A DNA stretch of 64,000 nt. Origin: the human T2T-CHM13v2.0 reference genome, Homo sapiens. Where the stretch lies: assembly GCF_009914755.1 (NCBI RefSeq), contig NC_060945.1; one strand, written 5' to 3'. The notes beneath the pieces were generated by a model, which ran no database searches, was not told the origin of the DNA, and was given only the letters and a program-made list of their open reading frames with translations. The translations under genes and the position numbers were made by a program. Below, piece by piece: positions 35,707 through 52,400 of this stretch. Each line of letters starts with the position of its first letter. The stretch's first letter is position 1.

Positions 35707-38700
35707 ACACATCTCTGAACTGATCAACAAAGTGATGTAACACTTGTCTAGGCTCTGCCTACAGGGGTTTTGTGACATATCTCTACACTGATCACCCAGC
35801 TGATGGGACATTTGTCTAGGCTATGCCTGTGGGGGCATTGTGACATATCTCTACACTGATCACCCAGGTGATGTAACACTTCTGTTGGATCTGCCTATGG
35901 GGGCATAGTGACATATAGCTGCACTGATCACCCAGGTGATGGGACACTTGTCTAGAATCTGCTTATGGGGGATTTGTGACATATCTCTGAACTGATCACC
36001 CAGGTGATGTAACGCTCGACTAGGCTCTGCCTACGGGGCATAATGACATATCACTGCATTGATCACCGAGGTGATGTAACTCTTGTCCAGGCTCTTCCTA
36101 TAGGGGGACTTGTGACATATCTCTGCACTGATCATCTAGGTGATGTAACTCTTGCTAAAGCTCTCCCTGCAGGGGCATTGTGAAATGTCTCTGCACTGAT
36201 CACCCAGGTGAAGGGACTCTTCACTAGGCTCTGCCTACTGGGGGCATTGTCACATATTTCTGCACTGATCAAACAGGTGACGGACTCTTGTCTTGGATTT
36301 GCCTTTGGGGGCATTTTGACATATCTCTTCACTGATCACCCACGTGATGTAACTGTGGTCTAAGCTCTGCCTAAAGGGGCATTGTGACAGATCTCTGCAA
36401 TGATCACTCAGGTGATGTAACTATTGTCTAGGCTCTGCTTAAGGGGGTCTTGTCACATATCTCTGCACTGATCACCCAGGTGATGTAACTCTTGTCTAGG
36501 CTCTGCTTAAAGGGGGTATTGTGACATATCTCAGCACTGATCACCTAAGTGATGTAACACTTGTGTAGGCTCTGCCTACAGGGGCATTTTGACATATATC
36601 TGCACTGTTAACCGAGGTGACGTTACTCTTGTCTAGGCTATGCCCACAGGGGGATTGAGACATATCTCTGCACTGATCCCGAGGTGATCCAACTATTGGC
36701 TGGTCTCCACCTACTGGGGACATTGTGACATATTTCTGCACTGATTTCCCAGGTGTTGTAACTTTATTCTAGGCTCTGGCTACACGGCATTGTGACATAT
36801 CACTGCACTGATCACCCAGGTGATATAACACTTGTCTAGGCTCTGCCTACAGGGGCATTGCGATGTATCTCTGCACTGATCACCTAGGTCATGTAACTCT
36901 TGTCTAGGCTCTGCCTACAGTGGCATTGTAACATATCTTTGCACTGATCACCCAGGTGATTCAACTCTTTTCTAGGATGTGCCTACAGGGAGTATTGTGA
37001 AATATCTCTGCACTGTTCACCTATGTGATGTAACTCTTGTCTAGGCTCTGCCTACAGGAGCGTTTTCACATATCACTGAACTGATGACAAAGGTGATGTA
37101 ACTCTTGCCTAGGCTTTGCCTACAGAGGACATTGTGACATATATCTGCACTGATCACCCAGATGATGCAACTCTTCCATACGCTTTGCCTACAGGGGACA
37201 TTGGGACATATCCCTGTACTGATCACCCATGTGATGCAACTCTTCTCTATGCTCTGCCTACAGGGTTCATTGTGACATATTTCTGCACTGATCACCCAGG
37301 TGATGTAGCTCTTGTCTAGGCTCCACCTACAGGGAGTATTGTGACATATCTCTGCACTGATCACCCAGGAGATGTAACTGTTGTCTAGGCTCCACCTACA
37401 GGGGGTATTGTGACGTGTCTCTGCACTGATCACCCAGGTGATGTAACATTTATCTAGGCTCTGCCTACAGGGGCGTTTTGACAAAGCTCTCCACAGATCA
37501 CCTAGGTTATGTAACTCTTGTCCACACTCTGCCTACAGGGGGCATTGTGAAATATCTCCGCAATGATCACCCAGGTGATGGTACTCTTCTCTATACTCTG
37601 CCTATAGAGGGATTTGTGACATATCTCTTCACTGATCACCCAGGTGATTGAAGTCTTGTATATGCTCTGTCTATGGGGGCATTGTGTCAAATTTCTGCAC
37701 CAATCACCCGGGTGATGTAACTCTTGTGTAGGCTCTGTCTACAGGGATTTTTGTGACGTATCACTGCACTGATCACCTAGGTGATGTAAGCCTTGTATGG
37801 GCTTTGCATACAGAAGGCTTTGTGACATTTCTATGCACTGATCTCTGAGGTGATGCAACTCTTGTCTAGGCACTGCCTACAGGGGACATTGGTACATATC
37901 TCTGCACTGATCACCCAGGTGATGGACTCTTGTCTTACATCTGCCTACATGGACATTGTGACATATCTCTGAACTGATCAACCAAGTGTTGAAACTCTTG
38001 TCTAGGCTCTGCCTACAGGGGCTTTGTGACACATCTCTGCACTGATCACCCTGGGGAGGGAACTCTTGTCAACGCTCTGCCTACAGGAGGCTTTATGACT
38101 TATACCTGCACTGATAACCTAGGTGATGTAACACTTGTCTAGGCTCTGCCTACACAGGAATTCTCACATATCTCTGCACTGATCACCCAGGTGATGTAAC
38201 TCCTGTCTAGGTTCAGACTACAGGTGTGTTTTGAAATATCTCTGCACTGATCACCCAGTTGATGTAATCCTTGTCTAAGCTCTGCCTACAGGGGCATTGT
38301 GACAGATCTCTCCACTGCTCACCCAGGTGATGTAACAATTGCCTGGGCTTTGCCTACAGGGGGCTTTGTGATATACATTTCCACTGATCAAACAGGTGAT
38401 GTAACCCTTTTCAAGGTTCTGCTTACAGCGGCTTTGGTACATATCTCTACACTGATCACCCCAGGGAGGAAACACTTGTCTACACTCTGCCTACAGGAGG
38501 CTTTACTACTTATCCCTGCACTGATCACTAGGTGATATAACACTTGTCTAGGCTCTGTCTACACCAGAATTTTCACATATCTCTACACTGATCACCTAAG
38601 TGATGGAACCCTTGTCTAGTTTCAGCCTACTGGGGATTTCTGACATACCTATGCACTGATCACCGAGGTGATTTAAATCATTTCCAGGTTTTTGTACAAG

Positions 38701-38836
38701 GGACATTGTGATATATCTCTACTCTGATCACCCAAATGATGCAAATCTTCTCTAGGCTCTGCAGGGAGGGGGCATTGTGACATATTTCTGAACCGATCAT
38801 CGAGGAGATGTAACTATTCTCCAGGCTTTGACTAAA
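35707..38836. repeat. Divergent beta-satellite spacer 2
   Basis: 68-bp monomers. Confidence 0.94.
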
Positions 38837-39537
38837 GAGCGTCGGAAGGTGTTGGGAGAGCCTCAGCTGGAATTTCACGGACGGACAAGGGCACAGAGAG
38901 GCCAGTGGGCTCCCTTGCACATCAGCTGGGGTGCGCAATGAGGGCAGGTCTAGCCAGGAGGCCAGCAAATAGAGATAGAGGTCTGCGTTCCACCGCCAGG
39001 CGCTCCGTGGTGTCAGCTGGGAGGTTGCAGGGGCACGGGCGGGCCGGCGACGGTGGCGCGGAGGCACAGAGGAGGCGAGCCGCCCGAGGAGTGTCAGGCC
39101 TGGACGCTGCGTGGGCCCGGTGTTTTGCGGGATGGGGGTCTCCACCCTGCCCAGGAGAGGATGCATTTTCCGGGGGTTGGGGGGGGTGGGGATGGGGTGT
39201 TCAGGCAGGTGTGGGGTGGTGGAAAGGCATGAGATGTCTACCCAGGCTGCTCCCACAGCCCAGGCGGCTGTCCGCAAACACGCGCATGTGCAGTAGGTGG
39301 CCCACCTGGTGGTACCTGTGCTGGCTCTGGGATCCCCTGGATGCTCAGGAAAGAAGGGCAGTTCTCCACTGTGTGGAGCCTCTCACCGTGCCTAGACCTA
39401 GAAGGCAGGAATCCCAGGCCGGTCAGCCCGGTGGAGGGGGCGGGGTGAAGACATGTCCCTCCATAGCCAGCCCGGTGTTCCCCGCGAAAGAGAGGCCACT
39501 GCCCTGCCCCGACCCGACCCAGTCCCAACCCCGCGTC

Positions 39538-40994
<1,457 letters not shown>

Positions 40995-41603
40995 ACCTGG
41001 GACAGCCCGCCCCACCCGGGAAGGGTCCCAGGGCATGGAAGCCTGTGGTCATGGTGGGGTGGGTTTGGCGGAGAGGGCGTGGTGATGGCGGTGGTGGGAC
41101 CAGAGAGATGAAGAGGAATGGGGCGAAGGGGAAGGGGTGAGGGGGTGCGTTTCGGGGGCTGGCTCTAAGGACGTCTCCAGGAATCCCGCGGGAACTGGAA
41201 GCCACTCTCTGGGCTCCCACGCATCTGCAGCAGGGATAAACCGTCCTGGGAAGGTGGAGGGGAGTGTAGAACTGAACCTCGGTGGGAGTCTGGAGTGTTC
41301 CAGGCCCTCTCTCCGTGAAGGAGGCAGTGCCTCTGGGTGTCGCCGTTGCTGGGACAGTCTCAGACACGCAGGCGTGTGGGTCTCGTTCATTTCCAAGTAG
41401 GTGACCAGAGCGAGACCCCAGAGAGAAGATGCCTCTCTGGCGTGATGGCCTTACGATGGATTCCCGTGTGCGGCAACATGGGGAGTCTGCAGAGTGGCCG
41501 GTTTGGAAACTGGCAAGGAGAGCGAAGGCACCATGCCGGTCTTCCACCCTTCCCTGCATGTTTCCGGGTGCCCGCAGAGCTCTGGGAGCAAACAGTCAGC
41601 ATG

Positions 41604-44600
41604 ACACATCTCTGAACTGATCAACAAAGTGATGTAACAATTGTCTAGGCTCTGCCTACAGGGGCTTTGTGAAATATCTCTTCACTGATCACCCAGGTGA
41701 TGGGACTTTTGTCTAGGCTCTGCCTATGCGGGCATTGTGACATATCTCTACACTGATCACCCAGGTGATGTAACTCTTGTGTTGGATCTGCCTATGGGGG
41801 CATTGTGACATATTTCTACACTGATCATCCAGGTGATGGGACTCTTGTCTAGGCTCTGTGTATGGGGGTTTTTGACATGTCTCTGCACTGATCACACAGG
41901 TGATGTAACGCTTGACTAGGCTCTGCCTACGAGGCATAGTGACATATCACTGCATTGATCACCGAGGTGATGTAACTCTTCTCCAGGCTCTGACTATAGG
42001 GGGCCTTGTGACATATCTCTGCACTGATCATCTAGGTGATGTAACTCTTGCTTATTCTCTGCCTGCAGAGGTATTGTGAAATATCTCTGCACTGATCACC
42101 CAGGTGACGGGACTCTTCTCTAGGCTGTGCCTCCTGTGGGCATTCTCACATATATCTGCACTGATCACCCAGGTGACACACTCTTTTCCTGGATTTGCCT
42201 ATGGGGTCATTGTGACATATGTCTGCAGTGATCACCCAGGTGATTTAACTCTGGTCTCAGCTCTGCCGAAAGGGGTATTGTGACAGATTTCTGCACTGAT
42301 CATTCAGGTGATGTAAGTATTGTCTAGGCTCTGCTTAAAGGGGCATTGTCACATATCTCTGCACTGATCACCCAGGTGATGTAACTCTTGTCTAGGCTCT
42401 GTTTACATTGGGTATTGTGAAATATCTCTGCACTGATCACCTAAGTGATGTAACACTTGTGTAGGCTCTGCCTACAGGGGCACTTTGACATACCTCTGCA
42501 CTGTTAACCGAGGTGATGTGACTGTTGTCTAGGCTGTGCCCACAGTGGGATTGAGACATACCTCTGCGCTGATTCCGAGGTGATCCAACTATTGCCTGTT
42601 CTCTGCCTACTGGGGACATTGTGACATATCTCTGCACTGATCTCCCAGGTGCTGTAAATTTAGTCCAGGCTCTGGCTACACGGCATTGTGACATATCTGC
42701 ACTGATCACCCAGGTGATATAACTCTTGTCTAGGCTCTGCCTACAGGGGGCTTGTGACATATCCCTACACTGATCATCCAGGTGATATAACATTTGTGTA
42801 GCCTCTGCCTACAGGGGCTTGTGACATATCTCTACACCGATCACCCACGTGATATAACTCTTCTCTAGGATCTGCCTACATTGTGCTTTGTGACATATCC
42901 ATGCAGTGATGACCCAGGTGATATACCATTGTCAAGGCTCTGCCTACAGTGGCTTTGCGATTTATCTCTGCACTGATCACCTAGGTCATGTAACTCTTGC
43001 CTAGGCTCTGCTTACAGTGGCATTGTGTCATATCTCTGCAATGATCACCCAGGTGATGTAACTATTTTCTAGGATCTGCCTACTGGGTGCTTTGTGACAT
43101 ATCCCTGCAATGATCACCCAGGTGATGTACCACTTGTCAAGGCTCTGCCTACAGGGACATTGCGATGTGTCTCTGCACTGACCACCTAGGACATGTAACC
43201 CTTGTCTAGGCTCTGCCTACAGTGGCATTGTGACATATCTCTGCACTCATCATCCAAGTGATGTAACACTTGTCTTGGATCTGCTTAAAGGGACTTTGCG
43301 ACTTAACTCTGCGCTGATCATCCAGGTGATGGGACTTTTGTCTAGGCTCTGCCTAAGGGGGCATTTTGACATATTTCTGCACTGTTCACACAGGTGACCG
43401 ACTCTTGTCTTGGATCTGCCTATGGGGGCATTGTGACATATCTCTGCACTGGTCACCCAGGTGATGTAACTGTTGTATAAGCTCTGCCTACAGGGGAATT
43501 GTGAGAGATCTCGCCACTGATTACCCAAGTGATTTAACTATTTTCTAGGCTTTGCCTACAGGGGGCTTTGTGACATACCTTTGCACTGATAAGCCAGGTG
43601 ATGTAACTCATCTAAGTTCTGCCTAAGGGAGCTTTGTGACATATCTCTGCACTGACCATGTAGGTGATGTAACACTTTTATAAGCACTGCCTGCAAGGAA
43701 TTTTGACAAATCTCTGCCCTGATCACCTAGGTGATGTAAATCTTGTCTACCATCTCCCCAAAGGGGCCATTGGGAAATATCTCTGCACTCATAACCCAGG
43801 TGATTCTACTCTTGTCTAGGATCTGCCTAAAGGGGGTATTGTGAAATTTCTCTGCACTGATCAACTAGGTGATGTAACTCTTGTCTAGGCTCTGTCTACC
43901 GGGGCGTTTTCACATATCCCTGAACTGATGACAAAGGTGATGTAACTCTTGCCTAGGCTTTGCCTACAGGGGACATTGTGACATATCTCTGTACTGATGA
44001 CCCAGGTGATGCAACTCTTCTCTATGCTCTGCCTACAGGGGACATTGTGACACATCTCTGAACTGATCACCCAGGTGATGCAACTCTTCTCTATGCTCTG
44101 CCTACAGGGGGCATTGTGACATATCTCTACACCGATCACCCAGGTGATGTAACTCCTTTCTAGTCTCTGCCTACCTAGGGCGTTGTGACATCACTCTGCA
44201 CGGATCACCCGGGTTATGTAACTCTTGTCTAGTCTCCGCCTATCAGGGCATTGTGAATTATCTCTGCACTGACCACCCAGGAGATGTGACTCTTGTCAAT
44301 GCTCTGCCTAGAGAGACATTGGGACATATCTCTGCACTGATCACTGAGGTGATGTAAAATTTGTCTAGGCTTCGCCTACAGTGGGATTTATGACATATCT
44401 CTGCACTGATCACCCAGGTGATGTAACTCTTGTCTGGGCTCTGCCTACAGGGGCATTTTCACATATCACTGCACTGATCACCGAGATGATGTAACTGTTG
44501 TATAGGCTTCGCCGACAGGGGACATTGAGACATATCTCTGCACTGATCACCCAGGTGCTGCAACTCTTTTCTGGGATCTGCTTACAGGGGACATTGTGAC

Positions 44601-46703
44601 ATATCTCTGTCCTGATCACCCAGGTGATGTAACTCTTGTCTAGGCTCTGCCTACTGGAGGCATTGTGACATATCTCCTCATTGATCACCCAGGTGGTGTC
44701 ATTTTTGTCAAGGATATGGCCAGAGGGACATTGTGACATGTCACTGCACTGATCACACAGCTGATGTAACCCTTGTCTAGGCTCTGGATACAGGGGGCTT
44801 GTGACACATTTCTGCACTGATCACCCAGGTGATGGAACCGTTGTCTAGGCTCTGCCAAAAGGGGTTATTGTGACATAACTCTGCAGTGATCACCGAGGTG
44901 ATTGGACGCTGGTCTAGGCTCTGCCTACAGGGGCATTGTGACATATCTCTGCAGTGATCACGCAGGTGATGTAACTCTTGTCTATATCTACCTACTGGTG
45001 GAGTTGTGGCATATTTCAGCACTGGTCACCCAGGTGATGGACTCTTGTCTTGGATCTGCCTATGGGGTTATAGTGACATATCTCTGCACTGATCACTCAT
45101 GTGATGTAACGCTTGTCTAAGCTGCGTCTAAAGGGGAATTGTGACAGATATCTCCAGTGATCCCCCAGGTGATGTATCAATTTTCTGGGATTTGTCTACA
45201 GGGGGCTTTGTGACATATCTTTGCACTGATCACCCAGGTGATGTAACTGTTGTCTAGGCTCCACCTACAGGGGATATTGTGACGTATCTCTGCACTGATC
45301 ACCCAGGTGATGTAACATTTATCCAGCCTCTGCCTATAGGGGCGTTTTGGCATATCTCTGCACAGATCACCTAGGCTATGTAACTCTTGTCCACTCTCTG
45401 CCTACACGGGTCATTGTGAAATATCTCTGCCCTGATCAACCAGGTGATGGTACTCTTCTCTATACACTGCCTAGAGGGGGATTTGTGACATATCTCTGCA
45501 CTGATCACCCAGGTGATGGAATTCTTGTCTAGGCTCTGTCTATGAGGGCATTTTGTCAAATATCTGCACTGATCACCCAGGTGATGTAACTATTCTCTAG
45601 GCTCTGTCTACAGGGATTTTAATGACATATCACTGCACTGATCACCTAGGTGATGTAAGCCTTGTATGGGCTTTGCATACCGAAGGCTTTGTGACATAGT
45701 CTATGCACTGATCTCTGAGGTGATGCTACTCTTGTCTAGGCACTGCCTACAGGGGTCATTGATATATATCTCTGCACTGATCACCCAGGTGATGGACTCT
45801 TGTCTTAGATCTGCCTACATGTATATTCTGACACATATCTGAACTGATCAACCAAGTGATGAAACACTTGTCTAGTCTCTGCCTTCAGGGGCTTTGTGAC
45901 ACATCTCTTCACTGATAACCCTGGGGAGGGAACTCTTGTCTACACTCTGCCTACAGGAGGCTTTATGACTTTTACCTGCACTGATAACCCAGGTGATGTA
46001 ACACTTGTCTAGGCTCTGCTACAAGGGAATTCTCACATATCTCTGCACTGATCACCCAGGTGATGTAACTCCTGTCTAGGTTCAGCTACAGGAGCGTTTT
46101 GACATATCTCTGCACTGATCACCGAGGTGATGTAACCCTTGTCTAACCTCTGCCTAAAGGGGCATTGAGACAGATCTCTCCACTGCTCACCCAGGTGTTG
46201 TAACTATTTTCTGGGCTTTGCCTACCGGGGGCTTTGTGACATACGTTTCCACTGATCAAACAGGTGATGTAACCCTTGTCAAGGTTCTGCTTACAGGGGC
46301 TTTGTGACATATCTCTTCCCTGATCACCCCAGGGAGGAAACACTTGTCTACACTCCGCCTACAGGAGGCTTTACAAACTATCCCTGCACTGATCACTAGG
46401 AGATGTAACATTTCTAGGCTCTGTCTACACGGGAATTTTCACATATCTCTGCACTGATCACCTAAGTGATGTAACCCTTGTGTTGGTTGAGCCTACTGGG
46501 GATTTCTGACATACCTCTGCACTGATCACCGAAGTGATGTAAATCATTTCCAGGCTTTTTGTACAGGGGACATTGTGATATATCTCTGCACTTATCACCC
46601 AAATAATGCAAATCTTCTCTAGGCTCCACAGGGAGGGGGCATTGTGACATATTTCTGAACTTATCATCCAGGAGATGTAGCTCTTCTCCAGGCTTTGACT
46701 AAA
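41604..46703. repeat. Divergent beta-satellite spacer 3
   Basis: 68-bp monomers. Confidence 0.94.
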
Positions 46704-47406
46704 GAGCGTCGGAAGGTGTTGGGAGAGCCTCAGCCAGAATTTCCCAGATGGACAAGGGCACAGAGAGGCCAGCGGGCTCCCTTGCACGTCAGCCGGGGTG
46801 TTCAATGAGCCCAGGTCTCGTCATGAGGCCGGCAAAGAGAGCTAGACGTGTGCGTTCCGCGGCTAGGCGCTCCATGGTGGCAGCTGGGAGGCTGCAGGGA
46901 ACGTGCAGGCTGGCGATGGTGGTGTGGAGGTGCAGAGTACGCGAGCCACCGGAGGGGTGTCAGGCCTGGACGCTGCGCAGGCTTGGTGTTTCTCTGGATG
47001 GGGTTCTCCACCCAGCCCAGGGGAGGATGCATTTTCCGGGGTTGGGGTATGGGGGTGGGGAGGGGGTGGTCAGGCGGGGATGGGGTGTGGGAAAGGCATG
47101 AGAGCTCTGCCCGTGTTGCTCCCACAGCCCAGGCGGCTGCCTGCAAACTCGCGCGTGCGCAGTAGGCGGCCCAAATGCTGGTACCTGGGCCGGCTCTGGG
47201 ATCGCCGGGATACCCAGGAAAGAATGGCAGTTCTCTGCTTTGGGGAGTCTCTCACCAGGCCTAGACCTAGAAGGCAGGAATCCCAGGCCGGTCAGCCCCG
47301 TGGAGGGGGCGGGGGCAAGACACGACCCTCCATAGCCAGCCATGTGTTTCCTGCGAAAGAGAGGCCACAGCCCTGCCCCGGCCCAACCCCGTCCCAACCC
47401 CGCGTC

Positions 47407-48826
<1,420 letters not shown>

Positions 48827-49420
48827 CCCTGGGACAGCCCGCCCCACCCCGGAAGGGTCCCAGGGCGTCGAGGCCTGTGGCCGGATGGTGTTGGGTTGTG
48901 GGGGGAGGGCGTGGTGATGGTGGTGGTGGGGCCAGAGAGACAAAGAGGAAGGGGGCGAGGGGGAAGGGGTGAGGGGGGCGCGTTTCGGGGGGCTGGCTGT
49001 CCAGACCTCTCCAGGAATCCCACGGGAACTGGAAGCTGCTCTCTGGGCTCCCACGCGTCTTCAGCAGGGAGAAACCGGCCTGTGAGAGTGGAGGGGAGTG
49101 TGGAACAGAACCTCCGTGGGAGTCTTGAGTGTTCCAGGCCGTCTCTCCGTGAAGGAGGCAGTGTCTGTGGGTGTCGCCATTGCCGGGAGAGTCTGACACA
49201 CGCAGGCGTGTGGCTCTCATTCATTTCCACGTAGGAGACCAGAGCGAGACCCCAGAGAGAAGATGCCTCCCCGGCTTGATGGCCTGACAATGGATTCCCG
49301 TGTGCCGCAACGTGGGGAGTCTGCAATGTGGCTGGTTTGGAAACAGGCAAGGAGAGCGAAGCTTCCACCCTTCCCTGCATGTTTCCGGGTGCCCGCAGAG
49401 CTCCGGGAGAAAACAGCATG

Positions 49421-52400
49421 ACACATCTCTGAACTGATCAACAAAGTGAGGTAACTCTTGTCTAGGCTCTGCCTACAGGGGCTTTGTGACATATCTCTGC
49501 ACTGATCACCCAGGTGATGTAACTCTTGTGTTGGATCTGTCTACGGGGTCATTGTGACATATTTCTGCAATGATCACCCAGGTGATGGGACTCTTGTCTA
49601 GGCTCTGTGTATGGGGGCTTTGTGACATATCTCTGCCCTGATCACCCAGGTGATGAAACGCTTGATTAGGCTCTGCCTATGGGGCATAGTGACATATCAC
49701 TGAATTGATAACCGAGGTGATGTAACTCTTGTCCAGGCTCTGCCTATAGGGGGTCTTGTGACATATCTCTGCACTGATCACGTAGGTGATGTAACTCTTG
49801 CTTACGCTCTCCCTGCAGGGGCATTGTGAAATATCTCTGCACTGATCACCTAGGTGATGGGACTCTTCTCTAGGCTCTGCCTACTGGGGGAATTGTCACA
49901 TATGTCTGCACTGATAACCCAGGTGACGGACTCCTGTCTTTGAATTGCCTATGGGGGCATTGTGACATATCTCTGCACTGATCACCCAGGTGATGTAACT
50001 CTGGTCTAAGCTCTGCCTAAAGGAGCATTGTGACAGATCTCTGCACTGATCTCTCAGGTGATGTCACTATTGTCTAGGCTCTGCTTAAAAGGGCCTTGTC
50101 ACATATCTCTGCACAGATCATCCAGGTGATGTAACTCTTGTCTAGGCTCTGCTTACAGGGGGTATAGTGACAAATCTCTGCACTGATCACCTAAGTGATG
50201 TAACACTTGTGTAGGCTCTGCCAACAGGGGGATTTTGACATATCTCTGCACTGTTAACCGAGGTGACGTAACTCTTGTCTAGGCTGTGCCCACAGGGGGA
50301 TTGAGACATATCTCTGCACTGATGCAGGGGTGTTCTAACTCTTGCCTGGTCTCTGCCTACTGGGGTTACTGTGACATATCTCTGCACCAATCTCCCGGGT
50401 GCTGTAACTTTAATCTAGGCTCTGGTTACACGGAATTGTGACATATCACTGCACCCAAGTGATATAACTTGTCTAGGCTCTGCCTACAGGGTTCTCGTGA
50501 CATATCTCTGCACTGATCACCCAGGTGACATAACTCTTCTCTAGGATCTGCATACAGGGTTCTATGTGACATATCCCTGCAATGATCACCCAGGTGATAT
50601 ACCACTTGTCAAGGCTCTGCCAACAGGGGCATTGCGACACATCTCTGCACTGATCACCCAGGTAGTGTAACTGTTGTATAAGCTCTGCCTACAGCGGAAT
50701 TGTGTGAGATCTCGCCACTGATCACCCAAGTGATGTAACCATTGTCTAGGCTTTGCCTATAGTGGGCTTTTGACATACATTTGCACTGATCACCCAGGTG
50801 ATGTAACTCATCTAAGTTCTGCCTACAGGAGCTTTGTGACATATCTCTGCACTGATCACTTAGGGTATGTAACACTTTTATAAGCACTGCCTACAGGGAA
50901 ATTGGACAAATCTCTGCACTGATCACCTAGGTGATGTAACTCTTGTCTACCCTCTGCCCAAAGGGGGCATTGTGAAATATCTCTGCAATGATCACCCAGG
51001 TGATTCCACTCTTGTCTAGGATCTGCCCACAGGGGGTATTGTGAAATATATCTGCACTGATCAACTAGGTGATATAACTCCCGTCTAGGCTCTGCCTACA
51101 GGGGCGTTTTCACATATCCCTGAACTGATGACACAGGTGATGTAACTCTGGCCTAGGCTTTGCCTACAGGGGACATTGTGACATATCCCTGCACTGATCA
51201 CCCAGGTGATGCAACGCTTCTCTATGCTCTGCCTACAGCGGACATTGTGACATATCTCTGCACTGATCACCCAGTTGATGCAACTCTTCTCTATGCTCTG
51301 CCTACAGGGGGCATTGTGACATATCTCTGCACTGATCAACGAGGTGATGTAACTCTTTTCTAGTCTCTGCCGACAGAGGGCGTTGTGACATCACTCTGCA
51401 CGGATCACACGGTTTATGTAACTCTTGACTAGGCTCTGCCTACGGGGGCATTTTCACATATCACTGCACTGATCACCGAGATGATGTAACTCTTGTATAG
51501 GCTTCGCCGACAGGGGGCATTGAGACATATCTCTGCACTGATCACCGAGGTGATGCAACTGTTGTCTGGGATCTGCTTACAGGCGGCATTGTGACATATC
51601 TCTGCCCTGATCACCCAGGTGATGTAACTCTTGTCTAGGCTCTGCCTACTGGAGACATTGTGACATATCTCCGCACTGATCACCCAGTTGATGTCACTAT
51701 TGTCAAGGATATGGCTATAGAGATATTGTGACATGTCACTGCACTGATCACAGAGCTGATATAACTCTTGTCTAGGCTCTGGCAACAGGGGGCTAGTGAC
51801 ACATCTCTGCACTGATCACACAGGTGATGTAACTCTGTTCTAAGCTCTGCCTAAAGGGGCATTGTGACAGATCTCTGCACTGAGCACTCAGGTGGTGTAA
51901 CTATTGTCTAGGCTCTGCTTAAAGGGGCCTTGTCACATATCTCTGCACTGATCACCCAGGTGATGTAACTCTTGTCTAGGCTCTGCTTACAGGGGGTATT
52001 GTGACATAACCCTGCACTGATCACCTAAGTGACGTAACACTTATGTAGTCTCTGCCTACAGTGGCATTTTGACATATCTCTGCACTGTTAACCGAGGTGA
52101 TGAAACTCGTGTCTAGTCTGTGCCCACAGGGGGATTGAGACATATCTCTGCACTGATCCCGAGGTTATCCAACTCTTGCCTGGTCTCTGCCTACTGGGGA
52201 CATTGTGACATACCTCTGCTCTGATCACCCAGGTGCTGTAACTTTAGTGTAGGCTCTGGCTACACGGCATTGTGACATATCACTGCACTGATTACCCAGG
52301 TGATATAACTCTTGTCTAGGCTCTGCCTACAGGGGGCTTGTGACATATCTCTGCACTGATCACCCAGGTGATATAACTCTTCTCTAGGATCTGCCTACAG

